Source: Methanocaldococcus indicus (GTDB taxonomy: Archaea; AGJL01; Methanococci; Methanococcales; Methanocaldococcaceae). Taken from it: DNA of 64,000 nucleotides. Under the pieces are notes generated by a model that worked only from the letters and a program-made list of their open reading frames with translations, did not search any database and was not told the origin of the DNA. Shown here piece by piece: positions 42,034 through 52,199 of the stretch (the stretch's first letter is position 1; each line of letters opens with the position of its first letter). Position numbers and translations under genes: made by a program. The DNA is taken from the NCBI RefSeq assembly GCF_049554935.1, contig NZ_CP186926.1, positions 1,024,001 to 1,088,000 on the forward strand, in the 5' to 3' direction.

Positions 42034-43131
42034 TTAAATTTTTGGAATATTTAATTTTTCTCTAATTATTTTCTTTCTTTTTAATCCTGTTTCACTAAAT
42101 TCAACTCTTGATTGTACTCCTGTAACAACCAATAATACCCTAACTGTATCTTCCAATTTGTCATCTATTGTAGCCCCCCATATAATAGTAGCTTCTGGGT
42201 CTAGCCTTTCTGAGACTGTTCCAACAACTTCCTTAGCTTCCTCTAATGTTAAGTTTTCAGGACCCATTACATGGATTAGGGCTCCTTTAGCACCATCAAT
42301 ATCAACATCCAACAATGGAGATTTTAGAGCTTGGTTTATAGCTTCCTTAGCTCTTTTTTCTCCCTCTCCTTCCCCTATCCCAATCATTGCTAAGCCTCCA
42401 TCAGACATAACAGCTTTTACATCTGCAAAATCAACATTAATTAATCCATCTTTTGTTATTAACTCTACTAATCCTCTAACAGAGTTTATTAAAACTTCAT
42501 CAGCTACTTTGAAAGCTAATGTTAAAGGCATTTTAGGAACAATTTCAAATAACTTCTCATTTGGAATAACTACTAATGTGTCAGTATTTTGTCTTAACTT
42601 CTTTAAACCTTCCATTGCATTTCTCATTCTAACTTTTCCTTCCATTTCAAATGGTAAAGTAACAACTGCAACAGTTAAAGCACCTATTTTTTTAGCTATT
42701 TCAGCAACAACTGGAGCAGAACCTGTTCCAGTCCCTCCTCCTAATCCACATGTAATAAATACCATATCAGAATCTTGAATAGCTGCTTTAATCTCTTCTG
42801 CACTCTCCTTAGCTGCTTCTTCTCCAATTTTTGGATTTCCACCAGCTCCAAGCCCTCTTGTTAATTTTCTCCCAATAAGGATTTTTTTATCTGCTTTTGT
42901 TCTTATAAGTTGTTGAGCATCTGTGTTTATAGCAACTGTTTTAGCTCCTTCAATACCTTCTAAATATAATCTTGTTATTGTATTGTTCCCAGCACCTCCA
43001 CAACCTACAACAGTAATTCTTGCCCTTGTTTGTTGTAGGAACTCTAATAATATTTTGTCATCCTCAGATAATTCTATATCATCTTCTAATGGAACTTCTT
43101 CATCTTTTAAAACTTTCTCTAAAAATTTCAC
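42034..43131 (-). CDS. ftsZ: Cell division protein FtsZ
   Basis: [23 protein letters not shown]. Confidence 0.98.
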   Translation of the reverse strand: MKFLEKVLKDEEVPLEDDIELSEDDKILLEFLQQTRARITVVGCGGAGNNTITRLYLEGIEGAKTVAINTDAQQLIRTKADKKILIGRKLTRGLGAGGNPKIGEEAAKESAEEIKAAIQDSDMVFITCGLGGGTGTGSAPVVAEIAKKIGALTVAVVTLPFEMEGKVRMRNAMEGLKKLRQNTDTLVVIPNEKLFEIVPKMPLTLAFKVADEVLINSVRGLVELITKDGLINVDFADVKAVMSDGGLAMIGIGEGEGEKRAKEAINQALKSPLLDVDIDGAKGALIHVMGPENLTLEEAKEVVGTVSERLDPEATIIWGATIDDKLEDTVRVLLVVTGVQSRVEFSETGLKRKKIIREKLNIPKI

Positions 43132-43325
43132 AACTATTCACCTTGACAGCAAATATTATGTTTTATTATAATTATTGTATATATATTACTTGTCACATTA
43201 ATATATTACCTTATATTACCTTTAAATTCTACTATGTGAATATAAATTCATATAAGGAGTATAAAAATGTATTGTTTTTTTAATAATTATTCCTCAAATT
43301 TAAAAATATTTTGTTGTGAGATATT

Positions 43326-44435
43326 ATGGCAAAAATTCCAAAATTACCAAAAAAACCAAGAGAAATAGCAAAACAGAAAATAATTGATTTAGCTAAACAG
43401 ATGTATAATGATTTAATGAGAGGTTTAAGACCAAAGATAAAGATGCCTATAAGAAGTTTATCTAATGCTATGTTTGATAAAGAGAAAGGTTCTTTCAAAT
43501 TAGTTGGAAAAGAAAAAGAGAGAACTCTAACAGTAAATCAAGCTAAAATCTTTGCTCAAACAACTAAAATGATGGAATTTGCTAAACAACTATTAGACAC
43601 TGATGACTTTTCTACTTTGAGAGAAGCATATTATGTTTCAAAAAACTGGGGAGAGGCAAGATTTGATGACCAACAAGCATCTAACAATGTAATAGAAGAT
43701 TTAGAAGCTGCATTAGGAGTTTTAAGAGAACATTTAGGTTTTATCCCAGAAGAGGATGGTTCTGCTGTTGTAGGTAATTTAAAGATTATTGAAGAAACTC
43801 CTGAAGGTGAGTTGGTAGTTGATTGTAGAAGATTAGGTAGTGGTGCATACAATATTCCAAATGATATAACTAAGCTAAACTTAGAAACTAATGCAGATTT
43901 TATATTAGCAATAGAGACAAGTGGTATGTTTGCAAGGTTAAATGCTGAGAGATTTTGGGATAAACATAACTGTATCCTTGTATCCTTAAAAGGGGTTCCA
44001 GCAAGAGCTACAAGAAGATTTATAAAGAGATTACATGAAGAATTTGATTTACCAGTCTATGTCTTTACTGATGGAGACCCTTATGGTTATTTAAATATAT
44101 ATAGAACTTTAAAGGTAGGTAGTGGGAAATCTATACATTTGGCTGATAAATTAGCTATTCCATCAGCAAGATTGATAGGTATAACTCCACAAGATATTAT
44201 AGATTACAACTTACCAACACATCCATTAAAAGAGCAGGACATTAAGAGAATAAAAGATGGATTAAAGAATGATGATTTTGTTAGAAACTTCCCAGAGTGG
44301 CAAAAAGCTTTAAAACAGATGTTAGATATGAAAGTGAGAGCAGAACAGCAATCTTTGGCTAAGTATGGTTTAAAGTATGTTGTTGATACATATCTTCCAG
44401 AGAAGTTAAAAGATGATAGCACATGGCTACCTTAA
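43326..44435 (+). CDS. top6A: DNA topoisomerase VI subunit A
   Basis: TLREAYY, AIET, DGDPYG TOPRIM, AEQQSL. Confidence 0.97.
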   Translation: MAKIPKLPKKPREIAKQKIIDLAKQMYNDLMRGLRPKIKMPIRSLSNAMFDKEKGSFKLVGKEKERTLTVNQAKIFAQTTKMMEFAKQLLDTDDFSTLREAYYVSKNWGEARFDDQQASNNVIEDLEAALGVLREHLGFIPEEDGSAVVGNLKIIEETPEGELVVDCRRLGSGAYNIPNDITKLNLETNADFILAIETSGMFARLNAERFWDKHNCILVSLKGVPARATRRFIKRLHEEFDLPVYVFTDGDPYGYLNIYRTLKVGSGKSIHLADKLAIPSARLIGITPQDIIDYNLPTHPLKEQDIKRIKDGLKNDDFVRNFPEWQKALKQMLDMKVRAEQQSLAKYGLKYVVDTYLPEKLKDDSTWLP

Positions 44436-45194
44436 ACTTTCTCTTAATATAATTAATTTTTCTCTAATTTTGTGATTTCCTACTTTCCTTGCAATACTTA
44501 ATAAACTATCAAACTCATCATAGAACTTTTTTATCTTATTTTCCTCAACTCTATTAATTTTTAGGTTAATTAAAAAGAGGGATTCATAATCAAAAGATGA
44601 TTTGTTTCTTTTATTTTCTATATATTCTTTTAGCATTTCTAAACTTTCTAATAATAACCTTTTCTTTTCTAAAAATTCTTCAGAAATTTTTCTTTTCTTT
44701 CTACCTAATAAAAGTAGTTCTATCTCACTTTTTAATTCATAACTTCCAACTTTTAAAGCTAAATTCCCAATACTCCTCACTTCACTATAAAAATCTAAAA
44801 CTATTCCTCTATCTAATCTTAAAATCTTTAATGTTATTAAATTAAGAACATCTCTATCTAAATCATCTTTAAAAGGTTTTTTGTCAATATAGTTCTTTAA
44901 TAATTCTAAAACTTCAATTAATTTTTTTATTTTTTGTTTTTGACTCTGATTTAATCTTTTTTTGTCTCCATAAACAGCATAATTAATTTCTTTCCTTAGC
45001 TCATAACTTCCAAGATTTTTAGAAATCTCAACAATCTTCATTTTAATTGGCTCTATATCCTCCTCTAAAAGTTTCCCTTTTTCTAAATAGTCAATTAATT
45101 TTCTAATTATTACTCTCTCATCACTTCCAGGTTTTGCATAATTTTCTAATATCTCCAATATAAATATGAATCTTTCAGATATCTCTAACAACAT
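44427..45194 (-). CDS. Hypothetical helical protein with about 3 internal repeats
   Basis: Repeats ending KNLGSYELR / LKVGSYELK / RKVGNHKIR. Confidence 0.7.
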   Translation of the reverse strand: MLLEISERFIFILEILENYAKPGSDERVIIRKLIDYLEKGKLLEEDIEPIKMKIVEISKNLGSYELRKEINYAVYGDKKRLNQSQKQKIKKLIEVLELLKNYIDKKPFKDDLDRDVLNLITLKILRLDRGIVLDFYSEVRSIGNLALKVGSYELKSEIELLLLGRKKRKISEEFLEKKRLLLESLEMLKEYIENKRNKSSFDYESLFLINLKINRVEENKIKKFYDEFDSLLSIARKVGNHKIREKLIILRESLR

Positions 45195-45248
45195 ATTTAT
45201 TCACAGCATTTATTACTTTAATATTATCATTTTAAAGAGGTGATATTT

Positions 45249-46226
45249 TTGGGTGTTCCTATTGGTGAATACATTCCTAAAAAAATTATTGATTTTAAAG
45301 ATTTAAAAAATAAGTGGGTAGCAATAGATGGATTTAATGCAATATATCAATTTTTATCATCAATTAGATTGAAAGATGGCTCACCATTAAAAAATAAAAA
45401 AGGTGAGATAACATCTGCATATAATGGAATATTCTATAAAACCATAAATTTATTGGAAAAAGATATTTATCCAATTTGGGTGTTTGATGGAGAACATCCT
45501 GAATTAAAGAAAAAAACAAAAGAGCTAAGGGCAAAAGAAAAAGAAAAAGCTAAAGAGAAATTAGAGGAGGCCATAAAAAAAGGAAAAGATGAAGATATAT
45601 TAAAGTATGCTAAGAGAACATCTTCTGTTAATAACAAGATGATTGAAAACTGCAAATATCTACTAAAACTTATGGGCATTCCTTATGTGCAAGCACCATC
45701 AGAAGGAGAAGCACAGGCAAGTTATATGGCTAAAAAAGGAGATGTCTATGCAGTTGTGAGTCAAGATTATGATTCTCTTTTATATGGTGCCCCAAGAATT
45801 GTAAGAAATCTAACATCTACAGGAGAAAATTTGGAGTTGATAGAGTTAAATGAGGTCTTGGAAGATTTAAAATTAGATTTAGATAGTTTAATAGATTTAG
45901 CTATATTAATTGGAACTGATTACAATCCAAAAGGAGTTAAAGGAATAGGATTTAAGAGAGCTTATGAACTTGTAAGAAGTGGTGTAGCAAGAAAAATCTT
46001 AGAGAAGGAGGTTGAAAACTACTATGAAATAAAGAATTTATTTAAAAATCCTAAGGTAACTGATGACTACTCTTTAAGTTTAAAACTTCCTGATAAGGAA
46101 GGATTATATAAATTTTTAGTTGAAGAAAATGACTTCAATCCTGAAAGAGTAAAAAAGCATATTGATAAACTTTATAACATTATAAAATCAAAAACTAAGC
46201 AAAAAACATTAGATAGTTGGTTTTAG
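45249..46226 (+). CDS. fen: Flap endonuclease 1
   Basis: (M)GV, YQFL, APSEGEAQA, SQDYD, GTDYN, C-terminal PIP box QKTLDSWF; TTG start after SD. Confidence 0.97.
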   Translation: MGVPIGEYIPKKIIDFKDLKNKWVAIDGFNAIYQFLSSIRLKDGSPLKNKKGEITSAYNGIFYKTINLLEKDIYPIWVFDGEHPELKKKTKELRAKEKEKAKEKLEEAIKKGKDEDILKYAKRTSSVNNKMIENCKYLLKLMGIPYVQAPSEGEAQASYMAKKGDVYAVVSQDYDSLLYGAPRIVRNLTSTGENLELIELNEVLEDLKLDLDSLIDLAILIGTDYNPKGVKGIGFKRAYELVRSGVARKILEKEVENYYEIKNLFKNPKVTDDYSLSLKLPDKEGLYKFLVEENDFNPERVKKHIDKLYNIIKSKTKQKTLDSWF

Positions 46227-46234
46227 GTGAGCAA

Positions 46235-47356
46235 ATGAACACTTATGGAGATATGTTTAGAGTAACAGTCTTTGGAGAAAGTCATGGAAAAGCTGTTGGT
46301 GCTGTTGTAGATGGTTGTCCTGCTAATTTACCACTAACTGAGGAAGATATTCAAAAGGAGTTAGATAGAAGAAAACCAGGACAATCTATATTTTCAACTC
46401 CAAGGAAAGAGGAGGATAAAGTTGAAATTTTATCTGGAATTTTTAATGATTTGACAACTGGAGCACCAATATGCTGTTTAGTATATAACAAAAATTTTAG
46501 GAGTAAAGATTATGAAGAGTTGAAAGATATTGTTAGGCCAGGACATGCAGATTTAACTTATAGATTGAAATATAAAAATTATGATTATAGAGGAGGAGGT
46601 AGAGCAAGTGGAAGGATAACTATTGGACATGTTATTGGTGGAGCAATTGCTAAGAAACTTTTATCCTACACCTACAACATAAAAATTGTAGGATATACTA
46701 TAAAAGTAGGAAATATAGAGGGAGATTTTAACTACTACAACAATCCTAAAATTTTTGAAAATGAGTGTAGTTTAGAAAATTTAATTGAGAATATAGAAAA
46801 AAATCCATTGAGATGTCCATCTATAAATTATAGAGACATGGAAGAGTATGTATTAAATGCTATGAAAGAAGGAGACAGTGTTGGAGGTGTTATAGAGATT
46901 GTTGTTTTAAATGTCCCTGTTGGTGTGGGGAATCCTATATTTAATAAATTAAATGGTGAGTTGGCAAGAGGATTAATGAGTATAAATGCAGTTAAAGGAG
47001 TTGAAATAGGTAGAGGTTTTAAATCTGCTGAAATGTTAGGTAGTGAGATGAATGATGAGCTATACTTTGAAGATGAAAAAATAAAATTTTACTCTAACAA
47101 TTCTGGTGGAATCTTGGGAGGAATATCAACAGGACAACCAATAGTGTTGAGAATTGCTATTAAACCTACACCATCTATAAGAAAAAAACAAAGAACAATA
47201 AATTTAAAAACTCTTGAAAATGTTGAACTCTCTGTAAAAGGAAGACATGACCCTATAATAGTTCCAAGAATAATTCCTGTTGCTGAGTCAATGGTAGCTA
47301 TAACATTAGCAGATTTAATGATTAAAGGTGGATTTATACACCCATGTAGGTTATAG
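46235..47356 (+). CDS. aroC: Chorismate synthase
   Basis: GESHG, RPGHAD, GGGRASGR, KPTPSI, GRHDP. Confidence 0.97.
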   Translation: MNTYGDMFRVTVFGESHGKAVGAVVDGCPANLPLTEEDIQKELDRRKPGQSIFSTPRKEEDKVEILSGIFNDLTTGAPICCLVYNKNFRSKDYEELKDIVRPGHADLTYRLKYKNYDYRGGGRASGRITIGHVIGGAIAKKLLSYTYNIKIVGYTIKVGNIEGDFNYYNNPKIFENECSLENLIENIEKNPLRCPSINYRDMEEYVLNAMKEGDSVGGVIEIVVLNVPVGVGNPIFNKLNGELARGLMSINAVKGVEIGRGFKSAEMLGSEMNDELYFEDEKIKFYSNNSGGILGGISTGQPIVLRIAIKPTPSIRKKQRTINLKTLENVELSVKGRHDPIIVPRIIPVAESMVAITLADLMIKGGFIHPCRL

Positions 47357-47358
47357 TT

Positions 47359-48102
47359 ATGATTCTATTAATGGGAGGCACAAAGGATAGTGTAATTATT
47401 GGAAATGGGATAAAGAGAGAGTTAAAAGATATTGATATTATTTATACATCTACAACAGATTATGGAGGAGAATTAGCTAAATCCTTTGCATCTAAAATAA
47501 TAACTAAACCATTAGATAAAGAAAAATTAAAAAAAGTAATTTTAAGTAATAATATAAAGATATTAATTGATGCAACTCATCCCTTTGCAATAAATGCCAG
47601 TAAAAATGCTATGGAAGTATGTGAAAAACTTAATGTTAAGTATATAAGATATGAAAGAAAAGAAGAGAAAATAAAAAACAAAAATATAACTTATGTTAAA
47701 GATTTTGAGGAAGCATTTGAAATAGCTAAAAAATTTAAGAAAGTTTTTTTTATGGCTGGAATTAAGAACTTAAAAAGGGCTGTTGAAGTTTTAGGAAATA
47801 AAGTGGTGGCAAGAGTTTTACCCATATCAGTTAGTGAGGCATTAAATTATCTTCCACAAAAAAATATTGTAGCAATGTATGGAACTTTCTCAAAAGAGTT
47901 GAATAAATACTTAATCTTAGATTATGGATGTGATGCAATAATAACAAAAGAGAGTGGAGAAACAGGAGGATTTAAAGAGAAAGTATTAGGTGCTTTAGAA
48001 GCTAATGCATATGTTATTGTTGTAGAGAGACCAAAATTAAACTATCCTAATGTCTTTAATAATGTAGATGAGCTTATTAACTATTTAAAAGAAAATTTAT
48101 AA
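47359..48102 (+). CDS. cbiJ: Cobalt-precorrin-6A reductase
   Basis: GGT.D, IDATHPFA, TKESG..GG..EK. Confidence 0.93.
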   Translation: MILLMGGTKDSVIIGNGIKRELKDIDIIYTSTTDYGGELAKSFASKIITKPLDKEKLKKVILSNNIKILIDATHPFAINASKNAMEVCEKLNVKYIRYERKEEKIKNKNITYVKDFEEAFEIAKKFKKVFFMAGIKNLKRAVEVLGNKVVARVLPISVSEALNYLPQKNIVAMYGTFSKELNKYLILDYGCDAIITKESGETGGFKEKVLGALEANAYVIVVERPKLNYPNVFNNVDELINYLKENL

Positions 48103-48103
48103 T

Positions 48104-48562
48104 CTATTCTATTACATTTAAATATTTTAAAATCCTTACCCATATAAGATTTAGTATTAAAACTATTGGAAATAAAATAAAGCTGATAATATTATGGATT
48201 TCATTATAGTTTAACAAATTATGATATTGAATAATTAAAATAATCCTTATTACATTAAAAAATTCTATCATAATAATACCAAAAAGAGCATATATAATTT
48301 TATAAACAATTGAGACTTTTGGTGTAGCTAAAATAAATGCTAAAAAAAGGGAGATTTCAAAAGAACATGTGCATGCTGGGATTATAACAAAAGCTATATT
48401 TTTTGAAAATATAATGTTGTTATATAATCCTAAATTTAAAATTTTTGAAATAAGTAATGCCAAAAAAACAGATAGATAATTTTCCAAAAATAAGGTAAAA
48501 AATGAATATATTATAAAAAAATATAACAAAAAAAATAAAATATATTTTTTTTTATCATCCAT
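48104..48562 (-). CDS. artD: Archaeosortase D-type membrane transpeptidase
   Basis: Cys (PACTC), Arg (NVIRI) and His (IHN) triad in a TM protein; adjacent to a PKD protein with PIP-CTERM-like tail. Confidence 0.8.
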   Translation of the reverse strand: MDDKKKYILFFLLYFFIIYSFFTLFLENYLSVFLALLISKILNLGLYNNIIFSKNIAFVIIPACTCSFEISLFLAFILATPKVSIVYKIIYALFGIIMIEFFNVIRIILIIQYHNLLNYNEIHNIISFILFPIVLILNLIWVRILKYLNVIE

Positions 48563-48776
48563 TTATAATTGCCTCTTTTACTTTATTTACTATATCAACT
48601 ACTTTATTAAGCTTTACAGTATTTGAGACAATATTTTCATTTTGTGCTTTTGTTGATGAACTTTCAACTGTCTTTAAATAATAAAATCCTAAAATAGCTG
48701 CAACTGCTACAACAGCTGCCATTAATATAGCAAATTCCATAGTAATTTGTCCTCTATTTTTTAATAATACTTTCAT
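48555..48776 (-). CDS. Class III signal peptide (type IV pilin-like) protein
   Basis: KNRG|QITMEFAILMAAVVAVAAIL. Confidence 0.9.
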   Translation of the reverse strand: MKVLLKNRGQITMEFAILMAAVVAVAAILGFYYLKTVESSSTKAQNENIVSNTVKLNKVVDIVNKVKEAIING

Positions 48777-51775
48777 TTTACTCCCCTTATTATATATATT
48801 AAAGCTATACTTGTTGATAGTATTATTAATATTTTTACATATATAGGAACTGGAATACTTTTACTTTCTTGTACAATTGTAATAAACTTAGTAGTAGAAT
48901 CTCTATTATTATCATTATCAACAACAGTTAGAGTAACTATATAAGTTCCAGGTTTGTTATAAACATGTGTTATAATTGGATTAGTTGTAGTTATTTTGGT
49001 TCCATCTCCAAAATCCCATATATATTCTACTATCTTTCCATCAATATCATAAGAGCTTGAAGCGTCAAATGTTACATTTAATCCATTTATTGTGAAATTG
49101 AATTTTGCTATTGGAGGATAATTAGTATTACCTCTAACAAATATTGTCTTTGATATAGAAGACTTTACACCTAAATCATTCCAAACAGTTAAGGTAACTG
49201 TATAATATCCTATATTTTTGTATATGTGAGTAGGATTTTTTTCTGTGGATGTAGAACCATCTCCAAAGTCCCATATATATTTTACAATATTTCCTGGATT
49301 AGATGTTGAGTTATCATAAAAATTAACAACTTCATTAACTTTTGGATACAATGGTGAGTAAGTAAAATCTGCTTTTAGGTAATAAACTGTTATTGTTTTC
49401 TTTATAGTAGATGTTGCATTTAAGTTATCGACAACAGTTAGAGTAACTATATAAGTTCCAGGTTTGTTATAAACATGTGTTATAATTGGATTAGTTGTAG
49501 TTATTTTGGTTCCATCACCAAAGTCCCATATATATTCTACTATCTTTCCATCTGGGTCATAGGAACTTAATGCATTAAAGGTTATATTATCATTATAATT
49601 TGGATATATTGGAGTGTAAGTAAAATCTGCTTTTGGAGGAAGATTTATAACACTAAATTTTTCAGTGGTAGTACCAATAGCTCCAAATCCATCCCAAACT
49701 GTTAATATAGCAGTATAATTACCAATAGGGAATTTGTGATAAATTATTTTTAACTCATTTGATGAATAATTCCATACTATATCTCCAGAGGAATTATAGA
49801 CAGTTAAATTAAATCCGTATATTTTTGCAGGAGGTTCATCTGGAGAAATGATATAACCTGAACCATCTGATAATTCTCTATTTGCATCAGGGTCATAAGA
49901 GTTTAGAGGATTAAATACAACTGAATCTCTATAACTTGCAGGATTTGGGTATATATAAAGAACAGCAACTGGATTATGGTTGTTTATAACCTTAACTTGT
50001 CTTGGTAGGAAATAAACTTTAGGGTCATATCCTTCAATGTAGTAAATTCCTTCTCTATTGATTTTATATGTTAAATTTTCAAATGATGTAACATAACTTA
50101 CATATTTTTCGGCATATTGGCATATTAAACCTGAATAGCCAATATAATAAAGTTCATCTAATAGTATATTGTTCTTTGTGTAATCAAGTAGATAAATCTC
50201 TAAGTAACCACCAATATAATTTTTAGGATATTTATAAATAACATTGAATGGCTCTCCTACTTTAACAATTGTTGGATTGATCCATAGCATTGAGCTGATA
50301 ATTTTATTATTCTTTATGACAGGACCAAAACCTACAGAAACTATTCCATTTTCATCAATTATCATTACATGTGCTTGATAATCAACATCATTATTTGGAT
50401 ATATATGAGTTGGAGAATTATCTAATGAATAAGTTCCATCTCCAAAACTCCAGAATACAAGTACTGGCTTACTATAAGGATATTCATAGGAATACTTTAT
50501 TCCACCATTAGTTTCTTCTGCTTTAACTACAACATCATAGTGGGTTTTTTGCTTTAATTTAAGTTCAATTGGAGAGCTTATTACCTTTGACCATAACTCA
50601 ACAATTCTATTGTCTTTATCATAAGATTTAAAGAATGTATTTTCATTAATAGTTGTAGGAATAATTTTATAAGTTGTATCTCCTACATCACCAACAACTA
50701 AATAATCTAATGTAGCAGAGGATGCAATAGAGTAATCTCCCCACCTATCTACATCCATCCAACAAATTGGATAGATAAATGGGAATTTATAAACATGTTC
50801 TCTCCCATAATTTGAATTGTATAATTTATAAGATGTTTCACTTCCATCTCCAAAGAATAAGAATATTTTAGTATAGTCCTCAGCGTCTTTAGGTTTAATA
50901 TATATAGGTTCATTTACTCTATATGCCATAGCATATTCATCTTCAACATTTACAGCTCCACTTTCATTCATTACATAATTTTCATTTCTTATAGGTTCAA
51001 AATATCCACCTCTTGGTCTATTTACTTTAATCCCACTATCCAAATAACCAACCATCACTCTACCAAAATTATCAATAACCAACACTCTTGGGTAGTAAAT
51101 TCCTGGTTTAGTATATATATGAGTCGGTGATTTCTCAAAAGAGAAAGTTCCATCTCCAAAACACCAAACATTAAATATAATGTTTCTATTTATAGAATAG
51201 TTAAATTTTACAGAATCTCCTTCTACAATCTCTGTTTTATCTACATTAATATCTACAGGAGTGGTATCTACACTTAATCCTAAAAATTTTACATTTATTG
51301 GACTTTCAGAGTAGTATTTTATGATTACTGTGTTATTTGTTGAATTATATAGTACTTCCCAATTTGTTTTTGAATTTGAAGGGCTACCATTAAAGATATA
51401 TGTTGTATTATAAATATTTCCAATTATTATCCAATTGTATGTTAATGCCTTTGAATATCCAGTGTTGTTTAAATATCCGCACCATGCAACTGGGTAGGCA
51501 AATGGAAATGTATATGTATGATTGACTACTTTATTATCTCCATAATCTGTTTCTACTAAATCTCCAAAATCCCATTTTGTATATCCATTATTAATAATAT
51601 CTTGAGCTACTGAATTAGGAGCTAATGCCTCAAATATTATAGTATTATTTACTTCTCCTGTATAGTTAGAGATATTCATTGTATTGTTGTGTATTAAAAT
51701 AATATTTCCATTTACATTTATATACAAAAATAAAAATAATAAAAATATTAAACCATATGGTTTATGTGTTTTCAT
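48773..51775 (-). CDS. Secreted PKD-repeat surface protein with PIP-CTERM-like sorting signal
   Basis: Signal peptide, many WDFGDG PKD units, C-terminal SIPVP + TM + basic tail. Confidence 0.92.
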   Translation of the reverse strand: MKTHKPYGLIFLLFLFLYINVNGNIILIHNNTMNISNYTGEVNNTIIFEALAPNSVAQDIINNGYTKWDFGDLVETDYGDNKVVNHTYTFPFAYPVAWCGYLNNTGYSKALTYNWIIIGNIYNTTYIFNGSPSNSKTNWEVLYNSTNNTVIIKYYSESPINVKFLGLSVDTTPVDINVDKTEIVEGDSVKFNYSINRNIIFNVWCFGDGTFSFEKSPTHIYTKPGIYYPRVLVIDNFGRVMVGYLDSGIKVNRPRGGYFEPIRNENYVMNESGAVNVEDEYAMAYRVNEPIYIKPKDAEDYTKIFLFFGDGSETSYKLYNSNYGREHVYKFPFIYPICWMDVDRWGDYSIASSATLDYLVVGDVGDTTYKIIPTTINENTFFKSYDKDNRIVELWSKVISSPIELKLKQKTHYDVVVKAEETNGGIKYSYEYPYSKPVLVFWSFGDGTYSLDNSPTHIYPNNDVDYQAHVMIIDENGIVSVGFGPVIKNNKIISSMLWINPTIVKVGEPFNVIYKYPKNYIGGYLEIYLLDYTKNNILLDELYYIGYSGLICQYAEKYVSYVTSFENLTYKINREGIYYIEGYDPKVYFLPRQVKVINNHNPVAVLYIYPNPASYRDSVVFNPLNSYDPDANRELSDGSGYIISPDEPPAKIYGFNLTVYNSSGDIVWNYSSNELKIIYHKFPIGNYTAILTVWDGFGAIGTTTEKFSVINLPPKADFTYTPIYPNYNDNITFNALSSYDPDGKIVEYIWDFGDGTKITTTNPIITHVYNKPGTYIVTLTVVDNLNATSTIKKTITVYYLKADFTYSPLYPKVNEVVNFYDNSTSNPGNIVKYIWDFGDGSTSTEKNPTHIYKNIGYYTVTLTVWNDLGVKSSISKTIFVRGNTNYPPIAKFNFTINGLNVTFDASSSYDIDGKIVEYIWDFGDGTKITTTNPIITHVYNKPGTYIVTLTVVDNDNNRDSTTKFITIVQESKSIPVPIYVKILIILSTSIALIYIIRGVK

Positions 51776-51799
51776 TACGTATCAACCTAAAATATTGTT

Positions 51800-52074
51800 A
51801 AGTTTTAACCGTTTCCCATTTCCATAGCTTATCATTGCATTTAATAACTTCTCATACAAACCGACAGCTATGGGAATGGGTTGTCCTTAACCCATAACTT
51901 CATCGGGAACACCGTTCCCTCTGCTATAGGCTCATTGGACTTCGGGCTGAACGGAGACAGCCCCATGAATCTTTTTATCAAATTAAATACAGCTACTGCA
52001 TCTCTATCGGCATAAAACCCACAATCAAAGCAATACATTAGCCTCAAAGGCAGAGCCCTATCATCGGCTAACAT
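51800..52074 (-). mobile_element. tnpB: TnpB-family IS 3' remnant (IS200/IS605 or IS607): C-terminal tnpB fragment plus structured right end
   Basis: CFDCGFYADRDAVAVFNL (zinc ribbon half plus RuvC-III); GC-enriched hairpins; 15-bp stem 51815-51829/51866-51880. Confidence 0.8.
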
Positions 52075-52133
52075 ATATGTTTAAGAGTAATTTATATGTT
52101 ATTGTATGCTACGAAAACTAAGAAACTGTTTCG

Positions 52134-52194
52134 AACCCTTCAGAGCTCATACGGTTCATCATAAAATCAGTTAAAACTAATCATCATCAGGGAA
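52134..52194 (-). ncRNA. Box C/D sRNA (sR8-like D guide)
   Basis: Minus strand ccctg-ATGATGA-ttagttttaa-CTGA-tttt-ATGATGA-accgtatgagct-CTGA-aggg, terminal stem CCCT/AGGG. Confidence 0.85.
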
Positions 52195-52199
52195 AGATT

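Noticed and set aside
51803-51826. TTTTAAC...ATTTCCATA resembling the ends of the CRISPR repeat (mini-array or anti-repeat)
   Set aside because: Only 7 and 9 nt match; the segment is explained as one arm of the 15-bp stem of the IS remnant
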